In this document: positions 60,690 through 63,264 of the stretch, one piece after another
How positions within the stretch are numbered: position 1 is the stretch's first letter
Layout: every line of letters begins with the position of its first letter
Source of the DNA: Podarcis vaucheri
Lineage: Eukaryota
Assembly (NCBI GenBank): GCA_965113315.1
Contig: OZ220371.1
Direction: 5' to 3' (one strand)
DNA: 63,264 nt
Position numbers and translations under genes: made by a program
Notes under the pieces: model-generated
Told to the model about the DNA's origin: nothing
Seen by the model: only the letters and a program-made list of their open reading frames with translations
Database searches by the model: none

Positions 60690-61040
60690 GTGGGAACAAA
60701 AGACGAGCTTGTTAAAGCCTCAATGACACACTGGGCAATAGATATAGGTCACAATATAGATTTTAACCTCTGGAAAAAAACTCTGGAAAAGTGATTTGAA
60801 GTTCACAGCATGTTATTCTTTGAAGGAGAACTACCTGAAAATGATTTACAGATGGTATTTAACTCTGAGTGGGCTTGCTAAGATGTGTAAGACTAAATCA
60901 GATAAGCGCTGGAGATGCAAAGAGGTTGAGGGAACATTCCTTCATATGTGGTGGACTTGTAAAAGGGTAAGAGAGTATTGGGAAATGATCCATATTAAAT
61001 TGAAAAAAAATGTCTAGAAGTACTTTCCCCCCCAAAACCA
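60690..61040 (+). mobile_element. L1-clade ORF2 fragment (C-terminal zinc-binding region)
   Basis: LKENYLKMIYRWYLT..RWRCKEVEGTFLHMWWTCKRVREYW. Confidence 0.88.
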
Positions 61041-61047
61041 GAGATCT

Positions 61048-61325
61048 TGTCTGAAGCCCGGAAAGGGGCTAGGACCATGCCATGACCCCAACAGGGACCC
61101 AGGAGGAGCTCTTAGTTAGGGCTCCCCCTATTGGTGGTTGACCCTTACTGGACTATCTGCATGGCGGGCAGGAGTCAGATATAGTCAGTTCAGTTCCAAT
61201 GCCTAAGCCAATACCACTCACATTCTGTAACCAATAAAGTTGTGGCCTAATTTTGGCCATTAACCTAATATACCGTGTCCAGCTGTTATTATTCAATATA
61301 AGGGGGAGGCCTCGGGGTCTTGACA
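61048..61325 (+). mobile_element. LTR-like fragment (R-U5)
   Basis: AATAAAGTTGTGGCC motif similar to the other LTR-like elements, ends TTGACA; no TSD seen. Confidence 0.5.
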
Positions 61326-63264
61326 TGCAAGTGCTTTTCAGCAGCAAATAAATAAATAAAATAAAAATGTAATGGATCTAGGTTGTATGTGGACTACGTA
61401 GGAAAAACAAGTACTCAGTCTCCATTGGTTGTAGATTAAAGTGTTGTGTGTATTGAACCTCAATCTAAACTGGTTTGAAACAGGTTTAGCATCCATTGCT
61501 TTCACCAAAGACCCTGGGGAGCTGCAGTTCTGAGATGGTGTTGGGAATGCATTGTTTGGGATCCTAGCTCCCGCAAAGAGCATCAAATCCCACAGTTCTT
61601 GTCTTGAGATCCAGGGTAGTTAGGTTTGAAATTGATTTAAATTTGTAGCGCAGACATGCTGTGGCTCTACCAGTTCAATAAGTTTATGAATCACGCCTTT
61701 CAAGTATAGGAAGGAGAGGAATTTGTCCATTGTCAAATATAAAATCAAAATAAATTATGACTAAACCATAAATATAATGCCAACACATAGTTATCTAATG
61801 TGTCATATGCAAGAGCAAGAATAACGACACAAGGGAAGGTTGAAGAAACTACCATAAAAAAACAAAATGCCAAACAGAACATTTTCATGGGTCAGAAAAC
61901 CAACTGTTATTATAAGAAATAAAGGTGGCAGTGACCTATACAATGGCTAGGGGAGGGGGAAACGAAGCGAAGTTAGCATTACTTCTGCTGCATTTCATGT
62001 GTCAGAATTCTGTTAGGCAGATTCCTTCTTTAGCTACACTGACAGATGGCTAAATTGGTGAGTGCTATGTGAAAAGCTCCTTGAAAAATTGCTAGCCTAA
62101 TACTATGTGATTGACAATCAATGGGGCAGGAGAGTAGCTATAAAGCAGGTTTTGAGGAAAGAAACACCCTGCCACTGAAGGATTAAGGGTACTAATATTT
62201 GAGAAGCTGTGCACCATAGGCTATTGGGAACTTTCCCTAAACCAATGCTGTTTCATATAATTTCTGACACCACCCATCACCAACATGTCTCTATTCCATT
62301 GCAATGGTGTGTGTAGGATCTTGTACAGAGGTACCCAGTGTGTGGTCCTCCGGGAAGTCATTGGACTGCAACTCCCATCATCCCTGCCTGTTGGTCATGC
62401 TGGATGGGGCTAATGGGAGTTGTGGTCCAGCAACATCTGCAGGGCAGCGTGTTGCTCTTCCTGCTCTAGTATATATTTATATTTCAAGGTTGTGTGCTGA
62501 TAACAATCTTTTTGTGGCAATTCTGCAACATGTCCATGCAACCATACTGCATCCACACACCGTTCCTACAACATTCCGCTTTGTTAGTTGTTCTGCCATG
62601 TTGCCCCCATGTTACTGCCCCCATGCAGTATGGCCATCTGGAAAGGGAACTCCTGCACTATTGCACATTTGAGCAGGACAAAAAACAAACAAAAACAAAA
62701 TGAGAAGAGAACAGTTGTGTAGGAATGATCGCTGGGTGTGGAGCACACTTCCGCTCGAAGACAGCCTCAGCTGTCTGCACGCTTGACCTTGGGGTGCAGA
62801 GCACACTCCCCCACAGACAAAGCCACAGCTGTCTGAACATCTTGCCCCCTATCTAACCTTTGATCTCTTAGTGGTTTGCTGTGCCCTGTCTGTGACCTTT
62901 GTCTCCTTCGTCATACATTGTTCAAGGGGAAAATGATGCGGTGGAAACAGGTGCCAAAATAACTTTGTACCACCCCATGATCTCGGGATTGGAAATTGTG
63001 TAAAGGTCACAGTCCAAAATGTATCTGACTGGTTTTGAATATTGTGCCAATAAAAGGAGCCTCTACAGAGCTAGCCGGCAGCTTGCCTGTGCACAGCTCA
63101 CCTGCATTACAACTCGTGTCCTTCACTTCACAGTTGTTGTGTGAAAAGCTGCAGGATTTCATCAGAAAGCTATGGGGCATATGCCGATTGCAAATGAAGC
63201 GGTATCTCCACCTCAAAACGTCTACAAATAGTACTGAAAGTGGGATTGTGTATAAATGCCCCAA

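Overview
Eukaryotic, CpG-depleted, repeat-rich vertebrate DNA. The repeat complement (Sauria SINEs, a Squam3-like SINE, BovB, CR1, L2, L1, RTE, hAT and Tc1/mariner MITEs) points to a squamate reptile, most likely a lacertid lizard; this is inferred from recalled repeat consensus sequences, not from a database search. No host protein-coding exon could be recognised, so the window is probably intronic or intergenic. The main feature is a complete 4,950-bp Gypsy/Ty3 (Mag-like) LTR retrotransposon on the minus strand (23272-28221). It has two 369-bp LTRs that look identical by eye, a 5-bp TSD (CAGGC), a tRNA-Ser PBS, a PPT and one uninterrupted 1358-aa gag-pol ORF. The rest is layered and often nested TE debris, microsatellites, a 194-N gap, an unexplained ~146-bp tandem repeat, a promoter-like motif cluster near 40.1 kb and several repeat-free stretches that may be regulatory. 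I do not see convincing evidence of a wholly new biological system; the best leads are listed with how to test them.
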